Below are positions 30,894-45,190 of a stretch of 64,000 nt of DNA, in pieces. The first letter of the stretch is position 1. Every line of letters starts with the position of its first letter. The stretch is from a bacterium (GTDB taxonomy: Bacteria; UBA8248): the NCBI GenBank assembly GCA_965213685.1, contig CBDBZY010000056.1, forward strand, positions 1-64,000. Direction: 5' to 3'. The position numbers were made by a program, and so were the translations under genes. The notes under the pieces are model-generated. The model was not told where the DNA came from, made no database searches, and worked only from the letters and a program-made list of their open reading frames with translations.

Positions 30894-32264
30894 TCAGAGA
30901 GTCGGTAGACTCTCTATGTAGGGATGGTGCCGGCCCGCCCATAGTGTGCGTACATTGGAAAGCTCTCTTAACTCGCGAACGCTCGTGTTCTAAGCCTTTC
31001 CGGACATCCAGCTATCCTATTCCGACGTTTCTCTACCCAATGATACCCCCAAAGTAACCAAAATGCATCCCTAGACTTACTACCAGGAAACGGGCGAAGT
31101 GGTGATTTCTTTTTCTTTCTTAACAGATTTCTTTCAAACGACTTTTTTCGAAACTGGCAGAATTAATCACCGTAGTTCTTTACAGATCAACTGTAATCAC
31201 TACACGTATGATCTGCCTTAACGGCATCATACCATCTTCTCAAATTAGCAGAAAGTAGAAACACTGGAAAACATGCCCATATTTGGTAGCCCATTTTCTA
31301 ATAATTGTCCCGTGACACAGATTGCAAACGTGAGGGCTGGCCTCGCACGCTGCATGTAATCGCGCGAAGCCACACCGAATTATTTCGAAAGCTAGACTAT
31401 CGGAGTAGCCTGTGTTTCAGCAGTATCTTATTTGCCGTTTTTTCAGAGTCGGTAAACTGTTCGTGTAGGGTTGGCACCGACAGCGGACGCTCATGTTAGG
31501 CTCTTCAAGCCCCTCGGAGCGCCAAGCGTCTTGCTAACAAACGGATACGCCTCCAAGGATCAAAATTGCATCACTGAGCTTCACTTCTGAGTATGATCCC
31601 AAAACTACGGAATCTTAGCAAAATGTGGTGAACAGTGCTATAATCCGGTCGTAAAGATTAGGTAAACTCTCCGAGGGTAGGTAGGGATGGCGCCGACTCG
31701 CCCATAGTGCGTGTACATACAAAAGCCTTTTTAACTCCTCAGCGCTAGCGGTTTAGGCCGTTCTAGGCAACACCTATATATTTTCAGCGTTTCCAGCGTT
31801 TCTCTACCCAACGATATTTCCCAAGTAGCTAAAGTCTTAAGTTTTGAAGGGCTCAGCCCTTCTACCACAAACACACTATCATAGGTGTTGGTGCTTAACT
31901 TAAAGAAAGACAACCTCCTGTATGGTACTGTGGAAAGGCACACGAACAAGTATGAAAACATTTACCAAAAATGTAGAGGGATGTAGGGATGGCAGTGCCA
32001 AAAACCACACAAACTACATATATGGATGGCAGTGTGCAGAGGACTACACAAGTAACCCCATCCCTACATCCTTTTTTTAAATAGAACATGTATCTTTATA
32101 AGTTTTGTTGTGAGATTACTGGAAACAGCTTTGTGTGGACAACAAGAAAAGATGTAGGGATGGGGTTACTTGTGTAGTCCTCTGCACACTGCCATCCATA
32201 TATGGTTTTTGGCACTGCCATCTCTACATCCCTCTACAATTTTGGAAAATGTTTTTCATACTTG
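30894..32264 (+). mobile_element. Full-length TC...CTTG foldback element
   Basis: A|TCAGAGAGTCGGTAGACTCTCT...CATACTTG|T; arms ~31947-32078 and 32147-32264. A partial second 5' segment lies internally at ~31670-31830. Confidence 0.85.
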
Positions 32265-32361
32265 TCAAACTATCATTCAAGATAAGCATCCGAGTGATTA
32301 TTGCAGCGGGCATGTTCCCGCTTGCCCACAATGTTCAGCATTCTACTAGTAATTATATGTA

Positions 32362-32882
32362 CCGTAATTCCTCGAATAGAGGCATCCGAATAAAAGCCGG
32401 CCTCGTGTACATGTAGAGGCCGGGGTCAACTAGCAAATAGAGGCTGGATCGTGCACCGTTGTAAGGTCCGCCCACTCAATTGGTAAAGTATAGGCGTATC
32501 TAACCGAATAAAAGCCGGCCTCGTGTACATGTAGAGGCCGGGGTCAACTAGCAAATAGAGGCTGGATCGTGTGCCATTGTAAGGTCCGCCCACTCAATTG
32601 GTAAAGTGTAGGCGTATCTAACCCCTGCACTAGTCACTGGGATGTATATGTCCAAGCAAAACTCTTTTGACATTTCGTTTAAGCTTCTAGCTGTGAAGTA
32701 CGCGGTATAAGGAGCTGCCGCTGCGAGAGAGTTCGGAGATGGGGCGTGCCACATGGCCAACGATGCAGCCATTCTTCGTCACAGTGCCCGCATACACGTA
32801 GCACGCACTGCATAGAAATGGAGGCGGGTCAAAAATGTTGTGAAGAGGATAGAAGCCCAGGCTTCTCTTTGAGGAAACACGG
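32362..32882. mobile_element. TA-flanked MITE with an internal ~118-bp tandem duplication
   Basis: TA|CCGTAATTCCTCGAATAGAGGC...GCTTCTCTTTGAGGAAACACGG|TA; CCGAATAAAAGCCGGCCTCGTGTAC... occurs at ~32387 and ~32503. Confidence 0.75.
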
Positions 32883-33746
32883 TACATACATGGAGATAAA
32901 AATGCTGAATTAATCATTAACACTAGCATCAACAAGTTGATAGACTCTCTATGTAGGGATTGGCGCTGACACACCCATGGTGTGTGTACATTGAAAAGCC
33001 TTCTTAATTCGCTAACGCTCGAGTTCTAAGCCTTGCTGGGTACCTAGGTATCCTATTCACTGTTTCTCTACCCCCCAAGGAGCTAAAATACATCCCTTTA
33101 CTTACTACCAGTGAACAGCTGAACAATTGATTTCTTCATCTTTTCTCTTCCCTTTTTGTTTATCTCTTTCTTCTTCTTCAAGAATGAACATTTCTCAAAC
33201 CTGGCCATAGCAATCACGTAATTCTTTCACAGATCCACTGCAATCACTACCAAGTATGATCCTACGCTAATGAAATCGTAGTACTTTCCCAAATGAGCAG
33301 CTCCAAACAACTTTCCCACATTTAGAAGCCATTCTCTAGTAGCACAATATTTGAACATGTGATGACTGGTCTCCTGAAGCCACGCCTATTATTTTCTCAC
33401 TTACTAAAAGTAGCAAAGGCTACTGTAGTCACTGAGTTGTGTCTGAAATGAGTGTGTTCAATGAGCATCTTAGTTCACTCTACCATATACATGTAGACAG
33501 TCGGTAGACTGTCTATGTAGGAATGCCGACATGTCTATGGTGTGTTTGCATAGGAATGCCTTCACAACTCGCCAATGCTAGTGTTCTGATACTCCTGTAG
33601 TGTATTGTTGTACAACAAAAAGAAATCACATGAACAAGTAGTACTATAAAAGTTTTTCCAAAAATGTAGAGGGGTGTCAGAATGGCAATGCCAAAAACCA
33701 CAGAAAGTAGGTGTAGGGATGGTAGTTGCAGGCAAGACAAGTTATA

Positions 33747-35150
33747 CCAAGAGTGTATAATAAGTGAGAGAGAGTATCCAACTCACTATACTACTGTGTA
33801 GCTCTTGTTCAGGGTCATGACCTTTATAATCATATTCATGGCTGTGGGAAGCCACATGGCTATGAGCAGGTGTATGTTGTGTAAACTGTGAAACATGAAT
33901 ATCAGAGAGTCGGTGGACTCTCTATGTAGGGATGGCGCCGACACGCCCATAGTGCGTGTACATAGGAAAGCCTTCTTAACTCGCGAACACTCGCGTTCTA
34001 AGCCTTTCTGGGCCCCTAGCTATTCTATTCCAGTGGTTCTCTACCCAACAATACCCCCAAGTAGCTAAAATGCATCCCTTGACTTACTACCAGAAAACTC
34101 TCCAAAGGTCGTTTTGTCTTTCTTCCTATTCTTCTTCTTCTTCTTAAGAGATTTCTTTAGACTAATGTATCTCAAAACTGGCTGAAGTAATCACCGTAGT
34201 TCTTTCACGGATCCACTGTAATCACTACCAAGTACGATCTGTGCTAATAAAACTCTTAGTACGTTCCCAGATGGGCAGAAACTAGAAGTCCCCGACAACT
34301 TCCCATATTTGGGAAACCATTTTGTAATAGTTACTGTCACGTGGCGCAAACGGTAAGCACGTGAGGGCGGGCCTCGCGAAGCCACGCCTATTAATTATAG
34401 GTTCGCGAGACGTAGCAAAGGCTGCTTCATGTCTGATGGCGCGTTCGAGCAGCGTCTTACTTCACTATACTATTATGTAGCGGGGATGAATTGGCCAGTT
34501 AGATACAGTGAGGTACATATGTAGCTACTCTAGCTCAAGAATTTTCAGTCCCCAACTTCAGAAATGATGGTGTTCAAGCCCCTCCCTACCCGCCTTAGTA
34601 ATGGCTGTTATGACCACTGATTTGTTTGCTGGACTCTGAAAGAAGCTTCAATGGCAAGAACAATACTTTTTAATGGTACCCTTGTGTAAAAAAAGGGATG
34701 CAAACAAGTATGAAAAACATTTTCAAAAAATGTATAAGGATGTAGGGATGGCTGTGCCAAAAACTACAGAAACTAGGTGTAGGGATGGCAGTGTGCAGGG
34801 AAGACATGTTATACAAAGACTACACAACTAACCCCTTCCCTACATCTTTTTTTTGGCTCAAAAATTGCTCTTCCCAGTAATCTTGTAGCATAACTCGCAG
34901 AATGATTTCAGATATAAAAAAAGATGTAGGGATGGGGTTAGTTGTGTAGTCTTTGTATAACATGTCTTCCCTGCACACTGCCATCCCTACACCTAGTTTC
35001 TGTAGTTTTTGGCACGGCCATCCCTACATCCTTATACATTTTTTGAAAATGTTTTTCATACTTTGATTATAAGGGTCACGACCTTGAACAAGAGCTGCTA
35101 CACAGTAGTATATGGAGTAGGATATTCTCTCACTTATTATACACTCTTGG
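33747..35150. mobile_element. MITE with ~85-bp TIRs, inserted in an old TC...CTTG copy and itself interrupted by a young copy
   Basis: CCAAGAGTGTATAATAAGTGAGAG... (33747-33832) is the reverse complement of ~35064-35150. TTATA lies on both flanks, and the flanks rejoin as GTTATACAAAGACT of the family arm. Confidence 0.75.
33902..35063 (+). mobile_element. Young TC...CTTG foldback element
   Basis: A|TCAGAGAGTCGGTGGACTCTCT start; arms 34705-34853 and 34917-35063 are almost perfectly complementary. Confidence 0.85.
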
Positions 35151-35460
35151 TTATACAAAGACTAAACAAGTAACCCCATCCCTACATTTTTGCTGTTCCC
35201 TGTAACTCATAGCATAACCCACAAAATGGTGTCATGTATGAAAGAAGGATGTTGGGATGAGGAGGTTAATTGTGTACTCTTCGTGTACCCATCTGTACAT
35301 CCAGTGCCTGTGGTTTTTGGCACTGCCATCCCTACAACTCCTTTACATATTTGTATTTTTGACTTGTTGAAATACATGTATAAGCATTTTGATAGGCTAG
35401 GTCAGTAGTAGTGGCCCTTTTCACCAATTTAGTGTAAAAAACTCAAAGCTTTATACAGAA

Positions 35461-36490
35461 AAACCAAAATGTAGAGGGATGTAGGGATGGCAGTGCCAAA
35501 AACCACGCAAACTAGATATATGGATGGTAGTGTGCAGGCAACATAGGTCATGGGAGGACTACCCATACCCTACATCTTTTTTTTCATTTTTGCTACCAGT
35601 GCAAAGTTGCTTCTAGTAATCTCACAGATGGTGTTACTTGTGTAGTCCTCCCACGACCTATGTTGCCAGTATGCTGCTATCCATATATCCAGTTTGTGTT
35701 GTTTTTGGCACTGCCATCCCTACATCCCTCTACATTTTTGAAATATGTTCTTCATACTTGTTGTGTGCATTTTTTGCTGTACCACAGTATCTTACAACAG
35801 GATGTGCTACTTAGAGTTGAGCACTAGCACCTTTAGTACGCGTGTGTGTGTTTGTGGAAGAGGGACTGAGCCCTCTCAGGCTTGACTAATGCACAGAACC
35901 TCCTCACTGCACATATGTGACTGCCTTACTCATATGTACAGCTAGCATCAAGAGGTCATCTGTCTTTGCTACATATATGTTACCATCTCCTGCCATAAGT
36001 CTACCATGCTCCTTTGCTGCCATCCTACTTGTGTAACGGAACAAGTACAGCGGGGCATGCGCAAGACTTAAGGCATTACATCACACACAATGTCACGTAC
36101 TGCAACACTGGCTGCTATCTGTGTTGGAAATCTCTGCTTCCACCAATTGGCAAGGAACAACCATTCTGGTAGTAGTACTGCACACATAGGACATACATAC
36201 AAAGGCCACGGTGATTAGTTTAGCCAGTTTTGGCGTAGATCAATTCAAAAAATCTCTTAAGAAGAATTAGAAGAAAGATATAAGTTTGATGGTTTAGCCA
36301 TTTTCTGGCAGTAAGTCTACAGATAGACTTTAGCTACTTGGGAGGTATCGTTGGGTAGAGAAATGCCTGAATGGGTTTGCTTAGTGCCTAGAAAGGCTTA
36401 GAACGTTACTGCAGGAGAGTTTAGAAGGCTTTTGTATGTACAGGCACTATGGGTGTGTTGGCACCATCCCTACATAGAGAGTCTACCGAC
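35461..36490 (-). mobile_element. Older TC...CTTG family copy
   Basis: Arms 35461-35585 and 35630-35762; ends CCATCCCTACATAGAGAGTCTACCGAC. Confidence 0.75.
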
Positions 36491-36850
36491 AGATGTAGAG
36501 TGCACACTATAAAATACTAGGTTTCATGGTATGCCATGTGTAATTTTGTAGTACAAGTTCTATGTTGTTCAGCAGTCACCTAGAAAGGATAGGCAGCTAC
36601 TACTACAGTATACAGATGTGAATAGTGGGTGGATATTGTGTCTACACACCATGCACTTTCACTTAATAGCTAGAAACAATGTAGGCTCATAGAATGCATG
36701 AAGCGTCATAAATTTATAGTAGCAGGTATTTTAGAATGAGCATTTTACTGTCATGGGGCTGACTTGTGGAAGATATATGTTCATTTCAGTTTCTTGAGTT
36801 TTGGAGTCATTCACTGTTATAGTGACATATGTGTCTTAATTTTTCCATAG

Positions 36851-39800
36851 AGGCTTCAGATGAGGAGCTTATGGGTAGTGAAGAATTGTGCCAAACACTT
36901 TCTCATAGATCTTCCAGCAAAGAACATGTTGCCATATTCTCTCAAGAAGAAACACGTGAGGATATTAATAAAAATGAAGAGTTGCCTACCTTTTGGCAAA
37001 TTGTATTTCTAAGACAACTGGGAGTGAAATCTGTGAAAGCATTACAGCACATTGGTAGTGAGTCCTACCCTCATTTGGTACGATTTGCAAGAACACCACA
37101 GGACAAGAAAACTCTACAAAAGTTCCTAAAAATGGAGGGTCAGGAGCACACTTTTCAGAAACAACGTGAACAGCAAATTCAGCAACTGAAAATGAGGCAA
37201 GATGAATTTGAGCAAATGCTTCAGAATCTTAGTACGCTGCATGGGAAAAGTAAGTATCACCATGATGAAGAAGTTATGGTAGTGGAGGATGGTATCCGAG
37301 AAAACCTTCAGATACCACCAGAATTTTGGCCCTCCAACAGCACTGCTCTCCCTGAAATTATTAGTCAACTCAAGGACTGTCAAAAGAAACTAAGTGCAGA
37401 ACTGCAAGCAGACGAATTAAGTGATTTAGCTGTAGTTAAGAGAGCATCTGGAGGTCGTGCATTGCAAGGAATCCTTCTTACAAAGGATGTGCATGATCAG
37501 CTTCAGGAACGACATCACCTTCTGAAACCTCCAAAAGATATTTGTCTAATGGAACCTTTGCATTCCCAAAATATTATATGCAAGCAATTTACAAGCAGAC
37601 ATCATGAAAAAGTGTTTACTTATACATTGAACAGCGCTGGGTATTCAGTTACAGGATCTGAAGTGATTGGCTACTGGGGGTTCACATTTCATTTAACCTC
37701 AAATCAGAGTCACAGGATGGAACAAGACCACATAAGGGAGCAGGAAACATACAATTCCACAGTGCAACTTTTTGTCTTGCCATTGGCTTCATTGTATTTC
37801 GATGACGACCAGCTTCAACTCTCAGATAAAGCTATACAAGAGCTTAGGGCTATTGAGTCATTTGTGGATTCCTGTGACAAGTCAGCACAAACCAAGTGTG
37901 AAGCATTTTTCAAAAAATTTGGGTCACATGCAAGCAAAGGACCCCTTCACTTTGGCGGTACATATCAATGGAAAATTCACAGCTCTGGTTTTAAAAATTC
38001 AGACAGAGGCAGAGTACAACAAGTACACAATGAGGTTATCGACAATCTTGCAGGTGAGTCGATCTTCCGATCTGTTACACGTGGCAGTGTTTCTCGCAAT
38101 GCTTATGGTACAGATACAGATACACTGGTATGTGACACATTTTGGGTCATTACTACTTCTGGAGGACCACAAGATGTTACAGGTCTACCATGTTGGAAGA
38201 ATGGGCTCATAGCCAATAACGGGACGTGGAATTTAATAGATCGTGGTTCAACACTAGTGCCAATATGGGATATCATTAAAAAGAACCATGCAAAGGATTT
38301 CAAGAAGCCATACTCCCTTGCCACACTGATGAACCAAGCATGGACTAAAATGAATCATGGCTACACCAAGGAAAGCAAAAAGACTTCAGTTGGGGATGTT
38401 GAAAAAGTAGTTCACACAGTAGAATCCTGGAATGACAATCCAGATGCGTCACATTTCAAAGGATGCCTTAGCTATCTGGTGGAAATTAAACAGACTGTAT
38501 CTAAATCATCAATGGATCCCCTATTCTGGCCAACCATGTATTTAGCACAGCCTGCTGTTCACAGATTCTTAAAGCTTGTAGTTGACAAATACAGTTCAGA
38601 GAGTTCTGAAGATTGTGTATCCACAGAAGGTATACGAGAAGTCATCAAGGAGGTTGTTGAGCCACTTGATCTGTATACTGTTAAGGTATTCCCATGCAGA
38701 AAATACATCAGAAAGTGGCTGTATCCTGCAGAAAGTTCCATGGACTGTGAAATCATTATGTGTCTCCACAAGTACTTCCAATATGCATTACATCACATGT
38801 ATGGTGGCTTAAAAAGAGATGATTCCAATTTGATAAAAATTGCTTCTAAGCCTGATATTAGTATCAAAGTGACTGAATCTCTGGCAAGAATTGTTTGCTG
38901 TGTAAGAAATCAACTTCAAGAAACAGGGAAAAGATATGAGGAAAACTTTGTTATAACAATGCTGTTGCCTTTTGACTATGATCCAGAACAGAACCTGTTT
39001 TATTCATCATTTTCTGTTTGTGATCTAACTTACCTATGCAAAGTGTTTCAGCAGCACTGCAAGGAGTTCTTTACAGTTGCTAGGCAGCAAATTGTTATAA
39101 GGTCCCAAGTCCATTTGTTCTCCCTTGCTGTTGCAATGCATAATGATTTGTGTGTATCCAAATCCAAAACAGTTTCGCACTTACAATCTATAGAGCAAAA
39201 AATTGGAGATGATATAGATCCTCAGTTAGCTGATATTCTACATGCACTGCTCTCCAATAAACATGACTTGGAATGGTTTCAATGTCAACTGGATTCTCTT
39301 TTGCAAAAGGCTACTGAGGAGCGCAATCAAAGTCTCCCTAATGTGCTTGAATTGCTCACAATGCTGGGATTAATTGACTTCTATCCTCAGGGCCTTACAC
39401 ATCAACATGCTTTGGAGATAAGAGAAGACACACTTGAAAGTGCAAAAGACTCATCTAAAGACAAGAAACAAATGGGCAGCTCCCGCAGAGAAAAACAATG
39501 CACAAATCCAAATTTGTATCCCTTTCTCATCCTTCAAAAGGTCATGGCTTTTGACAACAGATGTAGAATTAAGTTAGTCTGTCATGAAAACAAAAGCAGT
39601 AGCTCCATAGAGAAAATTTCTTTGAAACATTGTGATACAAAGCATCAGAAAAGGATCGTGGTTCATCCAATGGATGGCCTTATTGCTCTGTTGGGTTGTG
39701 CTGATAATTTTCTTCGTCAAGATTTAATGTCTAGGCTGGCAACCTGTCAGCTAGCTGTACCTCTTGTACTTCCTGATCCTGTAACACATGGACTCACATA

Positions 39801-42800
39801 TCTTCTTTGGGCCTTGCGATCAATTGTGAAGGAGTGGAAAAGTTTGCATAGTGACAGTTCAAGTGAAGGCCAACTTGTTAGTTATCCTGCTCCGCTTGTT
39901 TCTTTTTTGCGGATTGGTAAGCATAGGATATCAAAGTCTCACTTGATGAATAGCATCATCAGTAAATCTCGACATGATATATTCTTTCATTTCAACTGTG
40001 ATGGAGGTAATGCGAAAAAACTCTTAATAAATGGTCTTGTTGAAATTTGTTGGTATCTTCCATCTATCAATGACCAGATATTTCCTGATGTTGTAACATT
40101 TGCAAATCTTCATGGTGATGCTCGGGAGTGCTCACAACAGACAATGTTCCTCAGCAAAGTATCATTCATAAACTTTGTGTTTGTAAGTACGAGCGACTTG
40201 AATGATGCAGCTTTAGGAGTGCTGAGAACTCTTGCTACAGCTCATGGAGGACTTTGTTTGCTTCGAGCAGAACCCTGGGATGATAACAAAGTTTGGACAG
40301 ACTGTCTAAGGACACTGAAGGAATCAGTGCCGGAAGAAAAACTTCATGTGATTGAACTAGATATGAATGAAGCTGATATCAGGGGAGAGGTATATGACAT
40401 AATAAACAACAGTCTTGACAAGGAGTGGGAGGTTGTTAAAAGCACTTGTACACTTGAGAAATACAGTAATGCAGCACGAAGCTCTAGAATATCTGTTGAT
40501 GAAGATCATGCACACTGCTTGAAAGGAAAAGAATTAGCAATTGTCTTCAGTAAAATCATAGAGGAGTGTAAAAAGACTCATAAAGCTGATAGTCTCAAAG
40601 ATTTACTTCCACTTCAAAGCAATGATCTTTGGCATGAGTGGGCCCGGAGAGACAAAGAGCAGTATCGTCAGACCCGACGAGGCCAAAAGAATATTGAATT
40701 TTATGGTCCAGAACAAAGAGAGAAAATGCAGAGCATTCGTGAAGAGCAGGTACATCAAAGTCAGTTTCTCCATCCACTAATGGAATCATTCCTCAGCACT
40801 CTTCTATTACATCAAGCAAAGATAAGGCATTACTTCTTGCAGTGGGTACGCATGATCCTCGATAATCTTTCCAGAGAGCAACTGCCATGCCTTCATAATC
40901 AGTACAAGCAAAAGAGAAGTGAGCTGAATAAAATACAGCCCCAAAAAGTAAAGGAAGAACAAACCAAGGAGTTGGAATTGCTGAACGTAAAAATTATTCG
41001 TGCCTCATTTGGTCTTGAACACTTGCTACGAGAAATCTGTCAAATATATGAAGCGGTAGCTGCAAACAAGAATGCAACAGATGAACAAATTACACATGTC
41101 TCCTGTCTACCTGAAGTAGCTGCTGAATTGATGATTGAGGGCTATCCACTTGAACTTATGGATGGAGATGCAGCACATGTACCCAAATGTTGGATATCAG
41201 CTGTTATGAATAGATTGGAGAAACATCTAAACAATCCCAGTTTGTTTGTTCTCTCTATTCTGGGACTTCAAAGCTCAGGAAAGTCTACATTAATGAATAC
41301 TGTATTTGGCCTTAAATTTGCTGCTAGTGCTGGGAGATGCACCCGTGGTGCATTCATGCAACTTGTGCCCATTCACAAGAGTCTACAACAAGAATGCAAG
41401 TGTGATTACTTTCTAGTGGTTGATACTGAAGGGTTACGAGCCCCAGAGCTTGATACATTGCATACTCATAAGCATGATAATGAACTAGCCACATTTGTGA
41501 TTGGCCTAGCCAACCTAACAGTCACTAACCTGTTTGGGGAGGCAATAGGGGATCTTGATGATATAATACAAACTGCTGTTCATGCTTTTCTGCGAATGAA
41601 AAAGGTCAGACTGACACTTGGTTGTCACTTTGTACATCAAAATGTTTCAGCAGTCATGGCTGGAGAGAAAGGAATGATGGGCCGTTACAAATTCAAGGAC
41701 AAACTTGATCTAATAACACGAGCTGCTGCTGAAGAAGAGAACTTAGAGCATCGAATCACATGTTTTAGGGATGTCATTGACTTCAGTGATGAAACAGACG
41801 TTACTTACTTTCCGGGCCTGTGGGAAGGTGACCCTCCTATGGCCCCAGTCAATACTGGCTATAGCGCCAAGGCTCAGAATTTGAAGTCTCATCTCATTTC
41901 ATTTGTAAACTTAAGGCATCTCACCCATAGTAGTGAGCTTAAGGTGTTCAGGGAAAAAATAGAAAAACTCTGGCAAGCTATTCTTGAAGAAAATTTTGTT
42001 TTCAGTTTCAAAAATACACTAGAAATTTCTGCTTATAATACACTTGATACGGAATACAGTCAGTGGTCTTGGAAATTTAACAAGGTGATGTTGGCATGGG
42101 AACAGAAAGCACGAAACAAAATCCACAGTTGTGATCTCTCCCAGCTTCAAGCAGAGTATGATGAACTTTGTGAAGAGCTTCTAACTTATGTAAATCATAT
42201 TCATGAAGAACTAAAACAAGAAATGGAAGAGTTTTTTCAAAATAACCCTCAATCAGAAATAGTAGTGAAGTGGAAAGGGGAAACAGAAAGGAGGCTTGAT
42301 AATTTGAAGACACATTGGCAAATACATGCCAAGAGCCACTGCTCTCACATGAAGTCAAGTCGGGAAGCGCTTGCACAGGTAGATGGAATGAAAGAGACTC
42401 ACCGTGGGCAGATATTGAAGCATGTGAAGCATTTTGTGTCTGAGCTTGAAAATGTCAAGTTGAATGATGAACAGCTAATGGAAAAATTTAATGAACAATG
42501 GAGGGTGTGGATTGAAGAGCGAAAGTCTCATCCAATGCTGAGGGTTGTGGTTAATGTTAAGGTAGATGTACAAACATGTCTACTTGATTTCAAACCTCTT
42601 AAAGCCTCTTCTTGCTTATTGGCTGCAAAACTTGAGCAAACCCCATTGGAAAAGTGGGGACATCGTTTGCATCTGGTATTTAGTAAAAAGGTACACTTGG
42701 ACAGTAAGTGGAAATATTTGAAACGTTTGTTTATGATGGAAGAAGTCCCAGTAGAAGTAGTTCAGCATGCTGAGAAAGTTACTGAAAAACTTCTCAAAGA

Positions 42801-44190
42801 TCAGGAAGAATACCTGAAGCAAAAAGAGAATGAGGATTATAATCCTGTTCTTGCAACTGATCTTCTTCAACAACTTTTCAAAGGAATTGATGGTCATAGC
42901 CGAGATATTCCTTTTACTGAAGAGTACAAAGTTGATATGGCTCTTACTGTGTGTGGGTTTGCACTCAAAAAGTTGCAAGAAGTTGTAGAAATTGCCAGGA
43001 AAAAGAATGATCCAGTTGAGTACCTGGAACGGGAAATGAAAGGGCCACTTTTCAGAATATTTAAAGATGAATACTATCAAATAGCTGAGGAGGTCACAGC
43101 TGCTTCTGCAGTTTGTGATCTACTTTTGCGCTCAGTAAAGAAGGAGGTCATTAGCTCATTGAGCCCAGACATTGTCACCAGTATGAAAGGTAGTAAGGGT
43201 TTCTTTCACACCAAAAAGGGTTTGAAAGCAAAAATTCTTCTCGATATTGGGGAAGATCTTGATCATTGTAAGGGAAGAAATTTTGAGGACTGTAGGCTTT
43301 ACCTCAAAGAGATAGATGCTAGTCTTCAAGTTTGGGTTAGACGCTACACTGAACAGCATTGTAGTGAAGGTAATCCATCAAGGCTTGCAATAATTGCCAC
43401 AGACAAATTAAACACTGTTGTGTCAAATACAAAAAGAGCAGTAGTTTCTGTTACAAATGAATTTTTGGTAAAAGGCGGTGAGTTCAAAATTACACAATGG
43501 TTGAGTAAGTTTCACAGTATCCTAAATGAAAGTGGGAACTTACAACTAGATTTGACAGAATTGCTGCAACTTGGAGGTGTGCGTCAGTTACGAAATCTTA
43601 CGTATTTCACAGAAGAACTTAACAAAGGGCTTGATAACTTGTATTCCACACTTACAGCAGAGTTTGAGGATATGTCTGTTGCTGAAATACAAAAGTGGCA
43701 AACAAGACCTAATGATATTTTGTTTGAAGAGCTTGCAGGGTGTACTGAGCAATGTCCGTTTTGTAAAGAGCAATGTGATCTCACTGACAAAAACCACTTC
43801 CATTCCAGTAGTACAAGTGCTGAAGAAGCCCACAAGCACAGTGTGACCCTGCATCGTCCTTCTTGTCTTGGGGGTTTCAGATGGGTTAAATCTAATAAAA
43901 TGATTTTGGATATATGCACTTCCTTGGTTGCCAGTGATTATAGGTTTCGGGATCTTAAAACAAAGTTAGAGTTTCATCCGTACAAGGAGTACTCAAAGTT
44001 CTATCCAGAATGGTCTATCACAGATGACACATCACAGAAAGCTTCACTGTACTGGAAGTGGTTAGTAGGAAATTATAAAAAGAAAATTGCTGCAGAGTTT
44101 GCGATGGAGGAATGCGAAGTTCCTAGTGAGTGGAAGCAGCTGAAGTGGAGTGATGTTAAGAACAGCTTAAAGGATGCATACAAAGTGTAG
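36851..44190 (+). CDS. GVIN1: Interferon-induced very large GTPase 1 (VLIG/GVIN1)-like protein, giant terminal exon
   Basis: Uninterrupted ~2445 codons after the TTTTCCATAG acceptor (phase 1). URGCP/VLIG block VHPMD...DNFLRQDLMSRLATCQLAVPLVLP, FANLHGDA, PLELMDGDAAHVP. G1 GLQSSGKS (41263-41286), G2 GRCTRG, G3 DTEGL, then HQNV and LWEGDPPMAPVN. C-terminal CTEQCPFCKEQC...HRPSC. Confidence 0.93.
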
Positions 44191-45092
44191 TGTGAGACAA
44201 AACAAATGAGTGTAGGAAATACATTAGACTGCAGTTGTAACCACAAAACTATTAGTATAGTCATTTTGTAGGCTTTCATTTTGGTATACCTTACTAGTTT
44301 TTATTCCTTTAGACATATATAAACCTTGCTCATTATTCACTTGTTTAGACATATATAAACCTTGCCCATTATTCACTTGTATACTCCAAATTGTACACAA
44401 ACATTTACAAGGATCTAGGCATTTGAATTTGGGAAGAAAACTGTACATTGGTTCTCAGGGTGATAGTCACATGTCTGGATATTTTGTGCCTGATGGCTTG
44501 TGTACTAGATAGTGTTTATTCCTATTACACCTAGCTAGTTCTCTGCATGGCTTCCAACTGCCAGAGAATGTCTGGGACAGTCACTGATTTTGCTCCATGC
44601 AGAACCAGAGATGTCCAGTAGATAAGACTTTCTGCTTAGCTGACATTTAACTAATAGATAGATCAAGGGTTAGGAATAGAGCACAACACCTGCAATTTCT
44701 TTTAGACAGGATGATCAGTGTTATGTTCAGAGTGGAATTCAGATGAACACATTGTCAAACCAGTCAATGATGGTGATTATTTTGTACTCCTGGACATGAG
44801 TTGTGTGGTAAGGTATCACAAGAATACTGAACAAGTGTAAGGAATATTCAACCAAGTCTTATTTAAAGATCATGGATTATCTAGTACTTACTACAAGAGT
44901 GTATTTTAGCTGTATCTAATTTCTCACATGTGACAGTCGCCAATTTAGCCGCAGACTTTGTTTTCTTTGTGCCTGAAAGGAGTGCGAGTGGGTATCGTCT
45001 TACTCCACCATACTATTGTACAACAGACAATACACAAGTAACCCCACCTCTACATCATTTATTTACTGTATGATGCTCCCACTATTTTCAGC

Positions 45093-45190
45093 AAGAAGAA
45101 GAAGAAGAAGAAGAAGAAGAAGAAGAAGAAGAAGAAGAAGAAGAAGAAGAGGAAGAGGAAGAAGAGGAAGAGGAAGAGGAAGAGGAAGAG
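45093..45190. repeat. (GAA)n/(GAGGAA)n microsatellite
   Basis: Direct inspection. Confidence 0.95.

Noticed and set aside
36829-36850. ORF-track start (MCLNFSI) for the GTPase
   Set aside because: It lies in a polypyrimidine tract ending in a canonical TAG acceptor; treated as intron.
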